Assembly (NCBI GenBank): GCA_037445915.1
Contig: JBBIJQ010000016.1
Location: 1-36,239, forward strand
Direction: 5' to 3'
Length of the DNA stretch: 36,239 nt
Source: Planctomycetales bacterium
Lineage (GTDB): Bacteria; 4484-113
A program made the position numbers and the translations under genes. Each line of letters starts with the position of its first letter. The stretch's first letter is position 1. The notes below the pieces were generated by a model that did no database searches, was not told the DNA's origin, and saw only the letters and a program-made list of their open reading frames with translations. Below, in pieces: positions 1-9,593 of this stretch.

Positions 1-153
1 ATTGTAGCAGACTTTGGGGGGATGCCCCCCCCCGATTCGGCTCTTGTGGCATAGCGCGCGAAACGCGCCTATGTGCGCCGGGACGCGTGGAATGTGTGAG
101 AAACGCCTGCGGAGTTGAAAACGCAGTTTTATAAAGCCCAGCGGGCTTGTCAG

Positions 154-1692
154 CTATTTCGCGAAGTCGGTTTCGCGGAGTTCGCGGATGACGGTGACCT
201 TGATCATGCCGGGATACTCCAGCTCTTCTTCAATGCGCTTGGCGATTTTGCGGCAGATGCTGTAGGCGACGACGTCGTCAACGACCTCGGGCTTGACCAT
301 GACGCGAAGCTCGCGGCCCGCCTGTATCGCGTAGCATTTCTCCACGCCGCCGAAGCTGCGCCCGATTTCCTCAAGGCGCTCCAGGCGCTGCAGGTAGCTG
401 TTCATAGCCTCGCCGCGCGCGCCGGGGCGAGATGCGGAAACGGCGTCCGCGACCTGGGCTATCGCCGCCTCAACGGTCTGGTCAAGGTCGCCGTGGTGCG
501 CGCCGATGACGTTCAGGATGACGGGGTTCTCGCCCATCTTCCTGGCGATGTCCATCCCGATTTGAGCGTGAGTTCCCTCCACCTCCGCGTCCATCGCCTT
601 GCCGATGTCGTGCAGCAGCCCGCCGCGCTTGGCGTTCTTGGGGTCTATCCCCAGCTCGGCGGCTATGCTCGCGCAGAGGTGCGAGACCTCAATGGAATGC
701 TTGAGGATGTTCTGGCCGAAGCTCGTGCGGAACTTGAGCTTGCCCAGAAGCTTGATTAGCTCAGGGTTCAGGCCGGTGATGCTGGTGCGGAAAGCCGCTT
801 CCTGGCCCGCTTCCCAGATAACCTCGTCCATCTCTTCGGCTGCCTTGGCGACGACTTCCTCCACCTTCGTGGGGTGGATGCGGCCGTCGGAGATGAGGCG
901 TTCCAGCGCCAGGCGCGCGGTCTCGCGGCGCACCGGGTCAAAGGACGAGAGCATGACCACGTTGGGCGTGTCGTCAATGATTATGTCAACGCCGGTTAGC
1001 TGTTCAATCGCGCGGATGTTGCGGCCTTCGCGCCCGATGATGCGGCCCTTGAGGTCGTCTTTCTTCAGCTCAACGGTCGTGATGATGGCGTCGGAGTAGT
1101 GGTCAACCGTGCAGCGGTGCAGCGCCTTGACGACGAGGTTGCGCGCCTGCTGGGTCGCCTCGCGCTCGGATTGCTGGTCTAGCTCGCGGCGGCGCTTGTC
1201 CAGCTCGTATGCCATCTCTTCCTCAACCTTCTTGAGGAGGATGTCGCGCGCCTCTTCAACTGACAATGCGGCGACGCGCTGCATCTCTAGCTCGGCGGCC
1301 GCCAGTTTCGCGTCGGCTGCCGCCTGGATTTCCGCGACTTTGGCGCGCGCGGCTTCGGCCTCTTCAACTTTGCGGTCAAGCGTGTCAAGGCGGTGAGTAA
1401 GCTTCTCCTCCATGCGGTAGAAATTCTTCTCGCGCCGTTCCAGTTCCTGTTTGCGGTTGTGCAGGTCCTTGTCCGCGCTTTCGCGCAGCGCGCGGGCTTC
1501 CTGCTTGGCCGCGCTTACCGTTGCCTCGGCCTCTCGTTCGGCCTCTTCCCTCTTAGTTGTTCGGTAGCGGTGGTACTCTTCCCGGATTTCCTCAAGGCGC
1601 CGGGTACGCGCAGATAACAACAAATAGTAACCACCCGCCACCCCCAGCGGCAGGCAAATTGCCGCAGTGACTAGGATCCAGAGCAGTAACAT
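154..1692 (-). CDS. rny: Ribonuclease Y
   Basis: N-terminal TM helix, coiled coil, KH motif KGRIIGREGRNIR, HD motif LLHDIGK, C-terminal YAIQAGRELRV; AAGGAG SD upstream; follows recA. Confidence 0.97.
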   Translation of the reverse strand: MLLLWILVTAAICLPLGVAGGYYLLLSARTRRLEEIREEYHRYRTTKREEAEREAEATVSAAKQEARALRESADKDLHNRKQELERREKNFYRMEEKLTHRLDTLDRKVEEAEAARAKVAEIQAAADAKLAAAELEMQRVAALSVEEARDILLKKVEEEMAYELDKRRRELDQQSEREATQQARNLVVKALHRCTVDHYSDAIITTVELKKDDLKGRIIGREGRNIRAIEQLTGVDIIIDDTPNVVMLSSFDPVRRETARLALERLISDGRIHPTKVEEVVAKAAEEMDEVIWEAGQEAAFRTSITGLNPELIKLLGKLKFRTSFGQNILKHSIEVSHLCASIAAELGIDPKNAKRGGLLHDIGKAMDAEVEGTHAQIGMDIARKMGENPVILNVIGAHHGDLDQTVEAAIAQVADAVSASRPGARGEAMNSYLQRLERLEEIGRSFGGVEKCYAIQAGRELRVMVKPEVVDDVVAYSICRKIAKRIEEELEYPGMIKVTVIRELRETDFAK

Positions 1693-1795
1693 TAGGGGGC
1701 TCCTTGGTGTTTGGCGGAAGGGGGTGCGGTGAAACGCAGTTGCGCAAAACGGGCCGCCTGCATGAGGCGCGGCGACAAAGGTGGAGGCCTACAAG

Positions 1796-2845
1796 TTACT
1801 CATCTTCCGCGCCGTCAGGCTCCAGATCAAGTTGTATAGCCTTGACGGTCAAGGTATCCCGGAGCTTCATCTCCAGCTCGTCGCGGATATCGGAATTGCT
1901 GTCCAGGAAGAGCCTTGCGCCCTCGCGTCCCTGGCCAAGCTTAGAGTTGTTGTAGGAGAACCACGAGCCTGATTTGGCGATAAGTCCAGACTCAACGCCC
2001 ATATCAAGTATCTCGCCGGTTTTGCTAATCCCTTTACCGAAAATAATGTCAAAGACCGCTTTCTTGAAGGGGGGCGCGACTTTGTTCTTCACGACTTTCG
2101 CTGTTACGCGATTGCCGATGATGTTCGTCCCGTCCTTCAAAGAATCGCTACGGCGCACTTCAATGCGCACGGTAGCGTAGAATTTCAGCGCACGGCCGCC
2201 GGTCGTCGTCTCGGGGTTGCCGAAGAGAACGCCTATCTTCTCGCGAATCTGGTTGATGAAGACGAAGGCCGTGTTGGACTTGGAAATGATTGCAGTAAGT
2301 TTTCGCAATGCCTGGCTCATTAGGCGGGCTTGCAGGCCCATATGGGAATCCCCCATCTCGCCTTCAATCTCCGCCTTGGGGACTAGCGCGGCCACCGAAT
2401 CTATTACGACGAGGTCAATCGCGTTGGAGCGAACGAGCATATCCGCAATTGACAGCGCCTGTTCGCCGGTATCCGGCTGGCTGATGAGCAGGTCGTTGAT
2501 ATTAACGCCGAGGTTCGCGGCGTATTCAGGGTCTATCGCGTGCTCAGCGTCAACTATGGCGGCGCGCCCTCCAGCCTTTTGCGCTTCCGCGATCATATGC
2601 AGCGCGAGCGTTGTCTTGCCTGAAGCCTCAGGGCCGTAAATCTCCGCAACCCTCCCACGGGGGATGCCCCCAACTCCCAGCGCCATGTCAAGGCCCAGGG
2701 AGCCAGTGGAGATAACCCCGCCTTCAACGTGCTTGGGAGCGTCGCCAAGCTTCATAATGGCGCCTTGGCCGAATTGGCGCTCTATCTGCTTCGTAGCAGC
2801 CTCAAGAGCCTTCGCCTTATCCAGCTTTTCCACTTTCTCAGTCAT
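1796..2845 (-). CDS. recA: Recombinase RecA
   Basis: GPEASGKTT Walker [27 protein letters not shown]. Confidence 0.99.
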   Translation of the reverse strand: MTEKVEKLDKAKALEAATKQIERQFGQGAIMKLGDAPKHVEGGVISTGSLGLDMALGVGGIPRGRVAEIYGPEASGKTTLALHMIAEAQKAGGRAAIVDAEHAIDPEYAANLGVNINDLLISQPDTGEQALSIADMLVRSNAIDLVVIDSVAALVPKAEIEGEMGDSHMGLQARLMSQALRKLTAIISKSNTAFVFINQIREKIGVLFGNPETTTGGRALKFYATVRIEVRRSDSLKDGTNIIGNRVTAKVVKNKVAPPFKKAVFDIIFGKGISKTGEILDMGVESGLIAKSGSWFSYNNSKLGQGREGARLFLDSNSDIRDELEMKLRDTLTVKAIQLDLEPDGAEDE

Positions 2846-2892
2846 CCGCGTTCTAATTGCTCCAGTAATTTGCGGACTCTACGGGCGGCTAC

Positions 2893-2901
2893 ATCTTAGC
2901 A
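2893..2901 (-). promoter_or_regulatory. Extended -10 (TGcTAAGAT) of recA
   Basis: Reverse complement of atcttagca, about 48 nt upstream of the recA ATG; back-to-back with the promoter of the divergent gene. Confidence 0.55.
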
Positions 2902-2916
2902 TATCCTTGCCTGCTT

Positions 2917-2925
2917 TGGTAGAAT
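2917..2925 (+). promoter_or_regulatory. Extended -10 (TGgTAGAAT), predicted leaderless transcript
   Basis: 8 nt before in-frame GTG 2934; no SD. Confidence 0.6.
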
Positions 2926-2933
2926 ATCCCTTC

Positions 2934-4115
2934 GTGCGGGAGCTGCTAATAAAGCTATTTGCGCTTATCACCTGTTTAGCCCTAAGCTGGGGGCAGGCAG
3001 GGCATGCGCAGGCGGCTGCGCTGGAACAGCAGTGGACCAGGCAAATCGCGAAAGGCGTAACTTACAACCGCTTGCGCGTGCGGCTGAAGCAGGGGCCTGC
3101 GCACCTGCATATTCTTGAGATAAGCCCCGGCGGCGGCTACACCATCCGCCCCGTCATCGCTAACGGCAGGATTGGCTCGCTTGCGCCGGTGAGCAAGCTG
3201 GCGCAGGAGCATGGCGCGGTTGCAGCCATCAACGGCGGCTTCTTTGACACCGGCTCGTCCCATCTGCCCGTCGGGCTCATCAAGATTAACAACCACACGA
3301 TTTTTGAGCAGTTTCTTCCCCGGCCGGTGCTGGGGATAGACGCTAACGGCTCGCTGCACTTCGCCACCTTCACCCTTCATTCGCGCATATTTCTTCCCGA
3401 AGCAGGGACTACCTTGCCCCTGTTTGGCTACAACCGCCAGCGCAAAGCCGGTGAGATAATCGCTTACAGCCAGGACTTCGGCGCACGCACGCGCACTAAC
3501 GAATGGGGGCTTGAAATCAAGCTAATACGCCTGTCAGCGGAGGAAGCCCGCACCGGCGTGGAAAACTTCATCGGCGAGCGCTACCTCGTAACCGGCGAAA
3601 GCCCCAGCAATACGCTGATTGGCAAAGACGAGTTGGTGCTGAGTTTCCACTCATCCGCGATACGGAAATACGCGCCGCAGCTCAAGACGCTGTATCCCGG
3701 CGCGGAAATAGAAGTGCGCACTAACGTCCCTGCAGGCTGGGAAAAATTCCCCCACTTGCTGGGCGGGGGTCCTGTGCTAGTAAAGGACGGAAACTACGCG
3801 CTAAATTACCGCGCTGAACGCTTTTCCGGCGGGATGAACTCGCCCACGGCGCGCACCGCTGTAGGCAAGACGCGCAGCGGGAGCGTAATGCTTGTGGTCG
3901 TGGACGCCGGCTCCAAGGACTATTCTGTCGGCGCAACTTGGCAGCAGCTTGCGGTATTGGGCAAAGACTTGCTCTGCCTAACCGACTTTATGGGCTTTGA
4001 CGGCGGGGGCAGTTCTACAATGTATGTGGATAACCGGGTAGTGAACCAGCCGAAGGGCGGCGCGCCCCGAAGCGTTTCCAATATCATTGCAGTCGTCCGC
4101 AAAGGGCGGGGGTGA
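2934..4115 (+). CDS. Exported phosphodiester glycosidase (NAGPA-like) family protein
   Basis: Signal peptide from GTG 2934 (VRELLIKLFALITCLALSWGQAGHAQA); AINGGFF, ARTAVG and DGGGSSTM motifs; the ORF-track start at 2664 overlaps recA and is rejected. Confidence 0.85.
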   Translation: MRELLIKLFALITCLALSWGQAGHAQAAALEQQWTRQIAKGVTYNRLRVRLKQGPAHLHILEISPGGGYTIRPVIANGRIGSLAPVSKLAQEHGAVAAINGGFFDTGSSHLPVGLIKINNHTIFEQFLPRPVLGIDANGSLHFATFTLHSRIFLPEAGTTLPLFGYNRQRKAGEIIAYSQDFGARTRTNEWGLEIKLIRLSAEEARTGVENFIGERYLVTGESPSNTLIGKDELVLSFHSSAIRKYAPQLKTLYPGAEIEVRTNVPAGWEKFPHLLGGGPVLVKDGNYALNYRAERFSGGMNSPTARTAVGKTRSGSVMLVVVDAGSKDYSVGATWQQLAVLGKDLLCLTDFMGFDGGGSSTMYVDNRVVNQPKGGAPRSVSNIIAVVRKGRG

Positions 4116-4121
4116 TAGAAT
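4113..4121 (+). promoter_or_regulatory. Extended -10 (TGaTAGAAT) of xseB, leaderless
   Basis: The TG is part of the upstream TGA stop; TAGAAT is 7 nt before GTG 4129. Confidence 0.6.
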
Positions 4122-4128
4122 AAGAGGC

Positions 4129-4455
4129 GTGGAAGACACCCGTCTTTTCGGTGAGGACGCCCCGCGCGGGGATGTGAAGCCGCCGCGCGCGGCGAAGGAC
4201 AAATCCCCACAGCCCAAGCGCGCGAAGAAGCCGTCCTTTGAGGAAAAATACCAGCGCCTAGAGCGCATCCTGGACGGCATTGAGCGCGAGGATCTTCCCT
4301 TAGAGCAGCTCATCAGCCTGTTTGAGGAAGGCGTTGGGCTTATACGCGAATGTTCGTCGTATCTGCAGGAGGCGCGACTGGTCATAGAAAGCCACCTGGA
4401 TGATGACGGCGGCCTGCACACGATAAGCGGGCTGAAGGACGACGCCGAAGAGTAG
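4129..4455 (+). CDS. xseB: Exodeoxyribonuclease VII small subunit
   Basis: SFEEKYQRLERILDGIEREDLPLEQLISLFEEGVGL...C...L..A matches XseB; Lys/Pro-rich N-terminal extension; start placed at GTG 4129. Confidence 0.9.
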   Translation: MEDTRLFGEDAPRGDVKPPRAAKDKSPQPKRAKKPSFEEKYQRLERILDGIEREDLPLEQLISLFEEGVGLIRECSSYLQEARLVIESHLDDDGGLHTISGLKDDAEE

Positions 4456-4476
4456 CTGCGCCCTTCAACGGCGCAG

Positions 4477-4506
4477 TTGAGGCCTTACCTGCCGATTAGG
4501 TATAAT
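4477..4506 (+). promoter_or_regulatory. Sigma70-type promoter of rbfA operon
   Basis: TTGAGG-18-TATAAT, 24 nt before ATG 4531. Confidence 0.6.
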
Positions 4507-4530
4507 CTCGCCTTCCTTCTGAAGGGCTTT

Positions 4531-4953
4531 ATGCTTCAAAGTGAAAAGAAAACCCGCCGCCGCGAGATGCTCGCCGCAGTTATTCAAGAGGAACTCAGCG
4601 GCATCATCCTAGAAGCCGTCAAGGACCCCGCGTGCGAAGGCACTGTGATTACGGCGGTGAAGATGAACGTTGACCTGACGCTGGCGACCGTTAGCATACG
4701 CAGCCGCAGCGGCTTGGAAGACACAACCAAGCGCGCGCTCGCAGCGTTGAGCCATGCTGCGCCGTTTATACGCGGAAAGCTGCGCGGCCGCCTGGATATC
4801 AAGCGCATCCCGGAAATTAAGTTCGTAGAAGACACCGGCATCTTGGAAAATGTCCGTATGGCGAATATATTGGACACGATGAAGGAAGCTGGGACGCTGG
4901 TGATTTCCACCGAAGACGGCGAAGGAGGGGAGCTTGAAGCTCCCGCTAATTGA
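4531..4953 (+). CDS. rbfA: Ribosome-binding factor A
   Basis: IQEELS.II...VKDP, ITAVKM..DL..A, FIRGKL..RLDIKRIPEIKFVED; followed by DHH gene as in the usual rbfA-nrnA linkage. Confidence 0.9.
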   Translation: MLQSEKKTRRREMLAAVIQEELSGIILEAVKDPACEGTVITAVKMNVDLTLATVSIRSRSGLEDTTKRALAALSHAAPFIRGKLRGRLDIKRIPEIKFVEDTGILENVRMANILDTMKEAGTLVISTEDGEGGELEAPAN

Positions 4954-5993
4954 TGTTCCACGAACACACCAAGCTAATCCGCGCAATCGCACGCTTAACC
5001 ATCAACGCCAAGTCGGTTTGGAACCTGCACCACGAAAACCCCGACGGCGACACCATCGGCTGCGCCCTGGCGATTCACCACGCGCTGAAGTCGGTGCGCC
5101 GCGACGTTCGGACGCTTTTTAGCGAGCCTATGCCCCGGACGTATGCTTTCCTGCCCGGCGCGGATGAAGTGGAGTATGTTGAAAAGCTCCCCAACCGGCT
5201 GCCCGACCTTATCTTCGTGAACGACAACGCGACCTTTGACCGGCTCGGTGGCGCTTTTACCTCTGAGCTTCACCGCCTGGGCGTTTTTTCCGTGAAAGAC
5301 CCGAGACACCAGGTGTTGCGCACGAAGCTCATCAACATTGACCACCACGCAAGCAACGAATACTACGGCGACGTGAACCTCGTGATACCCGAAGCGTCTG
5401 CGACCGGCGAGATTGTGTATGCCATCTTCAAGCAGCTCCGGCTACCGCTGCCGGTAGAAGCCGCAACCTGCCTCTACGCAGCGATAGTCACTGATACCGG
5501 CAAGTTCAGCTACAGCAACACGACGCTGGGCACCCTCTCCATCGCCACCGATCTCGTGCGGATAGGCGTCCAGCCCCACGCGATTGTTGAGTCCATTTAC
5601 AACACCCTTACCCTCGGCCAGCTTAGGCTTATGGGCCAGGTACTCAAGCTCATGCAGATAAACGAGGAGCTAGGGTATTGCTACTCTTACGTGGACCAGC
5701 AGATGATCAAGGAGTTCAACGGCGACATCTCCGACACAGAGTTTATAATAGATACGCTGAAGATGCTGGGCCACCCCGCGCTGTGCTTCTTTTTCAAAGA
5801 GATAGCGCCCGGCGTAATTAAGGGGAGCATCCGCTCGCGGGGAAACTTTGACTCGTCGGCGGTCGCAGCGCGCTTTGGCGGCGGCGGCCATTACGCAGCT
5901 GCTGGCTTTCGCATAAATGGCACAATGGGCGAGGTATTCGCGGCGGTGGAAAACGCTATGCGCGAAGTGCGCTCCAGTGAAATAGGACGGTGA
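4953..5993 (+). CDS. nrnA: Bifunctional oligoribonuclease/pAp phosphatase NrnA (DHH/DHHA1)
   Basis: HENPDGDTIG, NIDHH, TDTGKF, GGGHYAAAG; ATG overlaps the rbfA TGA. Confidence 0.92.
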   Translation: MFHEHTKLIRAIARLTINAKSVWNLHHENPDGDTIGCALAIHHALKSVRRDVRTLFSEPMPRTYAFLPGADEVEYVEKLPNRLPDLIFVNDNATFDRLGGAFTSELHRLGVFSVKDPRHQVLRTKLINIDHHASNEYYGDVNLVIPEASATGEIVYAIFKQLRLPLPVEAATCLYAAIVTDTGKFSYSNTTLGTLSIATDLVRIGVQPHAIVESIYNTLTLGQLRLMGQVLKLMQINEELGYCYSYVDQQMIKEFNGDISDTEFIIDTLKMLGHPALCFFFKEIAPGVIKGSIRSRGNFDSSAVAARFGGGGHYAAAGFRINGTMGEVFAAVENAMREVRSSEIGR

Positions 5994-6000
5994 CAATAAC

Positions 6001-6990
6001 ATGAAACTGAGAACCGCTGTTATCGGCGCAGGCTCAATGGGGCGCCACCATTGCCGGCTTTACGACGAGCTTCCGGAATCGGACCTCGTTGGCATAGCAG
6101 ATGTCAACGTGGAAGCCGCCGACCTCGCCAAGCAGTACCACACGCGGCATTTCATTGATTACCAGGACTTGCTGCGCGAAAAGCCGGAGCTTGTGAGCAT
6201 TGCCGTTCCGACAAGCCTGCACCGCGAAGTCGCAGTAGCCGCGCTGGAAGCGGGTGCGCATGTCCTTGTGGAAAAGCCAATCAGCGACACGCTTGACGGC
6301 GCGCAGGCCATCATTGACCACGCGAAGGAACGCGGGCGAAAAGTCTTCGTCGGGCACGTTGAACGCTTCAACCCTGCCGTCATCGCGCTCAAGGAAGTCA
6401 TTGACTCCGGAAAGCTCGGCGAGGTGCACAGCATCAGCAACCTGCGCGTCGGCGCTTATAACAAGCGCACTTTTGACACAGGCATTATCCTTGACCTAGG
6501 CAGCCACGACATTGACCTCATCAGCTACCTCTACGGGCGCAAAGCTGAGACCGTTTTCGCAATCGGCGCGGCGAGAATCCACGAATACGAAGACCATGCC
6601 GCCATCTCGCTGAAATACACTGAAAGCGCTGCAGGCTACATTGAGCTTAGCTGGCTTTCGCCATACAAGGTGCGCAAGATGTTTGTCGTGGGAACCGAAC
6701 ATTTCGGCCTAATTGACCTCATTGACCAGACGCTAATCATCTTTGACGGTAAGAGCTGGACCAACACCGGAATGGTGCACCGCGAAGAGCCGCTGAAGAT
6801 GGAGCTTCGCGAGACGATGAAGGCTGTGGTGGAAGACTTGCCCCCGCAAGTTTCCGGCGAAGACTCTCTTTACACCATCCGCATCGCCCTGGCTGCGGTG
6901 CAATCCTACCGCGAAGGAGAGGCGGTGCACTTCTCGGAGTTTGCAGCTAAACCGGCGTATCCTACTCTCCTGGGATATGGAGGCGGCTAA
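6001..6990 (+). CDS. Gfo/Idh/MocA NAD-dependent oxidoreductase, probably UDP-GlcNAc 3-dehydrogenase (GnnA-like)
   Basis: GAGSMG Rossmann, VLVEKP, GHVERFNP, DLGSHDID; overlaps the lpxB start. Confidence 0.85.
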   Translation: MKLRTAVIGAGSMGRHHCRLYDELPESDLVGIADVNVEAADLAKQYHTRHFIDYQDLLREKPELVSIAVPTSLHREVAVAALEAGAHVLVEKPISDTLDGAQAIIDHAKERGRKVFVGHVERFNPAVIALKEVIDSGKLGEVHSISNLRVGAYNKRTFDTGIILDLGSHDIDLISYLYGRKAETVFAIGAARIHEYEDHAAISLKYTESAAGYIELSWLSPYKVRKMFVVGTEHFGLIDLIDQTLIIFDGKSWTNTGMVHREEPLKMELRETMKAVVEDLPPQVSGEDSLYTIRIALAAVQSYREGEAVHFSEFAAKPAYPTLLGYGGG

Positions 6991-8209
6991 AGCCCCGCTA
7001 CGCCTGTTCATCAGCGCCGGCGAGCTGTCCGGCGACGTTCACGCTGCTAGGCTCATAGATGCGCTGGCGAAGCGCGTTGGAAGCCTGGACATTACTGCGC
7101 TCGGCTCGGACAACCTCAAAGCCGCAGGCGCCAAGGTGCTCTACGACACTGCACGCGGCGCGACGCTTGGCGTCATCGGCAACCTTTTACAAGCTCCCCA
7201 GAAGCTTACTTTATTCAACGCCGCAGTGCGTTGCGTAATGCAGGACAAGCCCGATGCGGTTATCCTCATTGACTCGCGCTTTTTCAACCTGAACTTGGCG
7301 CGGGTGCTGCGGGATAAAGGCTACCAGGGCGCGATCGTGTATTACGTCGCGCCGGTGATGTGGCAGGCGGCCTCCGACGAACGCTACCGCAACATTGCGC
7401 AGCAGGCGGAGCCATTCCGCAGGAACACCGGCCGCAGGTTTGAGCTGATGCGCAAGCATTTTGACCTTGCGCTTGTGATTTACCCCGTCGGCCTTGAGTT
7501 GTACCAGCATTTCGGCGTGAATTACGAGTTCGTCGGGCACCCGCTTTGCGGCGCGTTTGAGACAACTATCAGCCGTGAAGAGATGCGCGCCCTCGCCGGA
7601 GCGAGCGGGGACAGCCCGCTAATCGGGCTGATGCCCGGCTCGCGTAAAGAGGAAGTGTCTGTTATCGGGCGCGAGCTTATCGGCGCCGCAAACATCATCG
7701 CCCAGCAAATCCCCGGCGTCGCCTTCGCGCTGCCCGTGGCGCATCCATCTCTGCGCCCGCAGATGCTCGCGATGCTGAAAAATGGCGGGGCGAGCATCAC
7801 GCTGCTGGAGCCGGAACAGCGCTTTAGCCTGATCTCGCACGCAGACTTGATGGTCGTCGCATCAGGCACTGCGACCCATGAATGCGCGGCCGCAGGCACT
7901 CCGCACATAATGGCTTACCGACTGCACCCCGCGCTTGACTTCTTCTATTCAAACTTCACGCGCTTTCGCCTGCCGGCATACGCATTTCCTAATATCATCG
8001 CCGGCCGCAAAATAATCCCTGAGCTTATCCGCCGCAACTGCAGCGCAAAAGAGATAGCGAAGGCCTCGCTGGAGCTCATTGGCTCGCAGGAAGCGATGGA
8101 GCAGATGCGATGCGATTTGCGCGAAGTCAGAGCCCTTATCTGCAAGCCAAACACGCTGGGCCGGTCTGTTGAGCTAATCCTTGAGGCTATTGGCCGCCGA
8201 ATGGGCTAG
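6977..8209 (+). CDS. lpxB: Lipid-A-disaccharide synthase
   Basis: ISAGELSGD, ID...FNL, YYVAP..W, FVGHPL, LMPGSR..E, VASGTATHE, PELI; start ATG 6977. Confidence 0.9.
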   Translation: MEAAKAPLRLFISAGELSGDVHAARLIDALAKRVGSLDITALGSDNLKAAGAKVLYDTARGATLGVIGNLLQAPQKLTLFNAAVRCVMQDKPDAVILIDSRFFNLNLARVLRDKGYQGAIVYYVAPVMWQAASDERYRNIAQQAEPFRRNTGRRFELMRKHFDLALVIYPVGLELYQHFGVNYEFVGHPLCGAFETTISREEMRALAGASGDSPLIGLMPGSRKEEVSVIGRELIGAANIIAQQIPGVAFALPVAHPSLRPQMLAMLKNGGASITLLEPEQRFSLISHADLMVVASGTATHECAAAGTPHIMAYRLHPALDFFYSNFTRFRLPAYAFPNIIAGRKIIPELIRRNCSAKEIAKASLELIGSQEAMEQMRCDLREVRALICKPNTLGRSVELILEAIGRRMG

Positions 8210-8212
8210 AAT
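8207..8212 (+). promoter_or_regulatory. -10 (TAGAAT) of xseA, leaderless
   Basis: Contains the lpxB TAG stop; 7 nt before in-frame ATG 8220. Confidence 0.55.
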
Positions 8213-8219
8213 AACTGGG

Positions 8220-9593
8220 ATGGTAACCCTCGTTCCCGCCGACAAACAGCAGGAAAGCGCGCTTACTGTAAGCGAGCTGACCGCCGCTGTGCGCGGCGCG
8301 ATTGAGGGAGAGCCGTCGCTCCAGGGTGTCTGGGTGCGTGGGGAAACCAGCAATGTCCGCCCCACCCCCACCGGCCACCTTTTCTTTACCGTCAAGGACG
8401 AAGGCGCGCAGCTCTCGTGCGTTTTCTTCTCATATTCGCGCCAGCGCGCCAAGCCGCTGGAAGACGGCGTTGAGGTCCTGCTCTTCGGCGACGTCACTGT
8501 TTACGAGCAGCGCGGGCAGTATCAGCTTGTCGTGCGCGATCTAATACTGCGCGGCGAAGGCGAGCTGGCGGCGCGCTTTGAGAAGCTAAAGCGCAAGCTC
8601 GCTAATGAAGGCCTGTTTGACGAGGCGCGCAAGAAATCGCTGCCGTCTATGCCGCTCTGCGTGTCCATCGTCACGAGCCCACAGGCTGCCGCGCTGCAAG
8701 ACGTGCTTAAGGTGCTCAGGCGGCGCGCGCCATACCTGCACGTGCACTTATTCCCTACGCCGGTCCAGGGTGCTGAAGCCGCGCCGAAGATTATCGCTGC
8801 GCTTAAGCGCGCATCGCGCGCGAAGTGCGACGTGATAATGCTGGTACGAGGCGGCGGCTCGCTGGAGGACTTGTGGTGTTTCAACGACGAGGCTCTGGCG
8901 CGGCAGATTGCGGCGATGAAGATACCTGTGATAACCGGCATCGGCCACGAAATTGACTTCACTATCGCCGACTTCACCGCCGACATGCGCGCTCCGACGC
9001 CGTCTGCCGCGGCGGAACTTATCGCGCCTGAGATAGCCTACCTCCGCGCCCAGGTTTCAGCCGCCGGCAATGCTCTGTCAGCCTCGGTAATGCGCCGTAT
9101 AACAGCGCTGGAACGAAACCTGTCATCGCTTCGCGGCGATAGGCTCGCGGTATCCGCGCAGCGCGCAGTGTCCAATGCGGAGGCGAATGTCACGGGCGCA
9201 TACTCCCAGCTACGCGCAGGCGCGCGCTTGTGGCTGGAAAGGCGCTCGGCAATGCTCGCGCTGGCGCAAGCGCGCACCTCGCCTAAACAGGTGCGCCGCG
9301 AAGTTGAAGAGCGCATGCGCGGGCTGGATGACCGTGCCGGGGCGATGGTGGCGGCAGCCTTGCGCCTGCTTGCGGCAGGCGAAGGAAAGCTAAACCTCGC
9401 ATCGGCGAAGCTTAGCGCTATTGACCCAAAGGGTGCGCTCAAGCGCGGATATGCGCTGATATGGTCGGAAGATGGCAAGCTAATCTCGCGCGCCGCGCAG
9501 GCTACGCAAGGCGAAAACATCGCAGCGCAGCTTGCTGACGGCGTTATCCACAGCACGGTTGAACGCATTGATAAAACGGAGGAAACGCAATGA
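8220..9593 (+). CDS. xseA: Exodeoxyribonuclease VII large subunit
   Basis: LTVSELT, VWVRGETSN, GH.FFTVKD, RGGGSLEDLWCFNDE, GIGHEID, APTPSAAAE, LKRGYA. Confidence 0.97.
   Translation: MVTLVPADKQQESALTVSELTAAVRGAIEGEPSLQGVWVRGETSNVRPTPTGHLFFTVKDEGAQLSCVFFSYSRQRAKPLEDGVEVLLFGDVTVYEQRGQYQLVVRDLILRGEGELAARFEKLKRKLANEGLFDEARKKSLPSMPLCVSIVTSPQAAALQDVLKVLRRRAPYLHVHLFPTPVQGAEAAPKIIAALKRASRAKCDVIMLVRGGGSLEDLWCFNDEALARQIAAMKIPVITGIGHEIDFTIADFTADMRAPTPSAAAELIAPEIAYLRAQVSAAGNALSASVMRRITALERNLSSLRGDRLAVSAQRAVSNAEANVTGAYSQLRAGARLWLERRSAMLALAQARTSPKQVRREVEERMRGLDDRAGAMVAAALRLLAAGEGKLNLASAKLSAIDPKGALKRGYALIWSEDGKLISRAAQATQGENIAAQLADGVIHSTVERIDKTEETQ

Noticed and set aside
134..148. AAGCCC-N3-GGGCTT hairpin after rny as terminator
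   Set aside because: Short stem and weak U-tract; not enough support to call
1820..1837. QLDL in the RecA tail as a beta-clamp motif
   Set aside because: Lacks the terminal aromatic residue and lies in a variable acidic tail
2664..2933. N-terminal extension of the 483-aa ORF
   Set aside because: Antisense to recA; the signal peptide and -10 box point to GTG 2934
4954..4969. TGTTCCACGAACA resembling parS
   Set aside because: Only one half-site matches TGTTNCACGTGAAACA; explained by nrnA coding sequence
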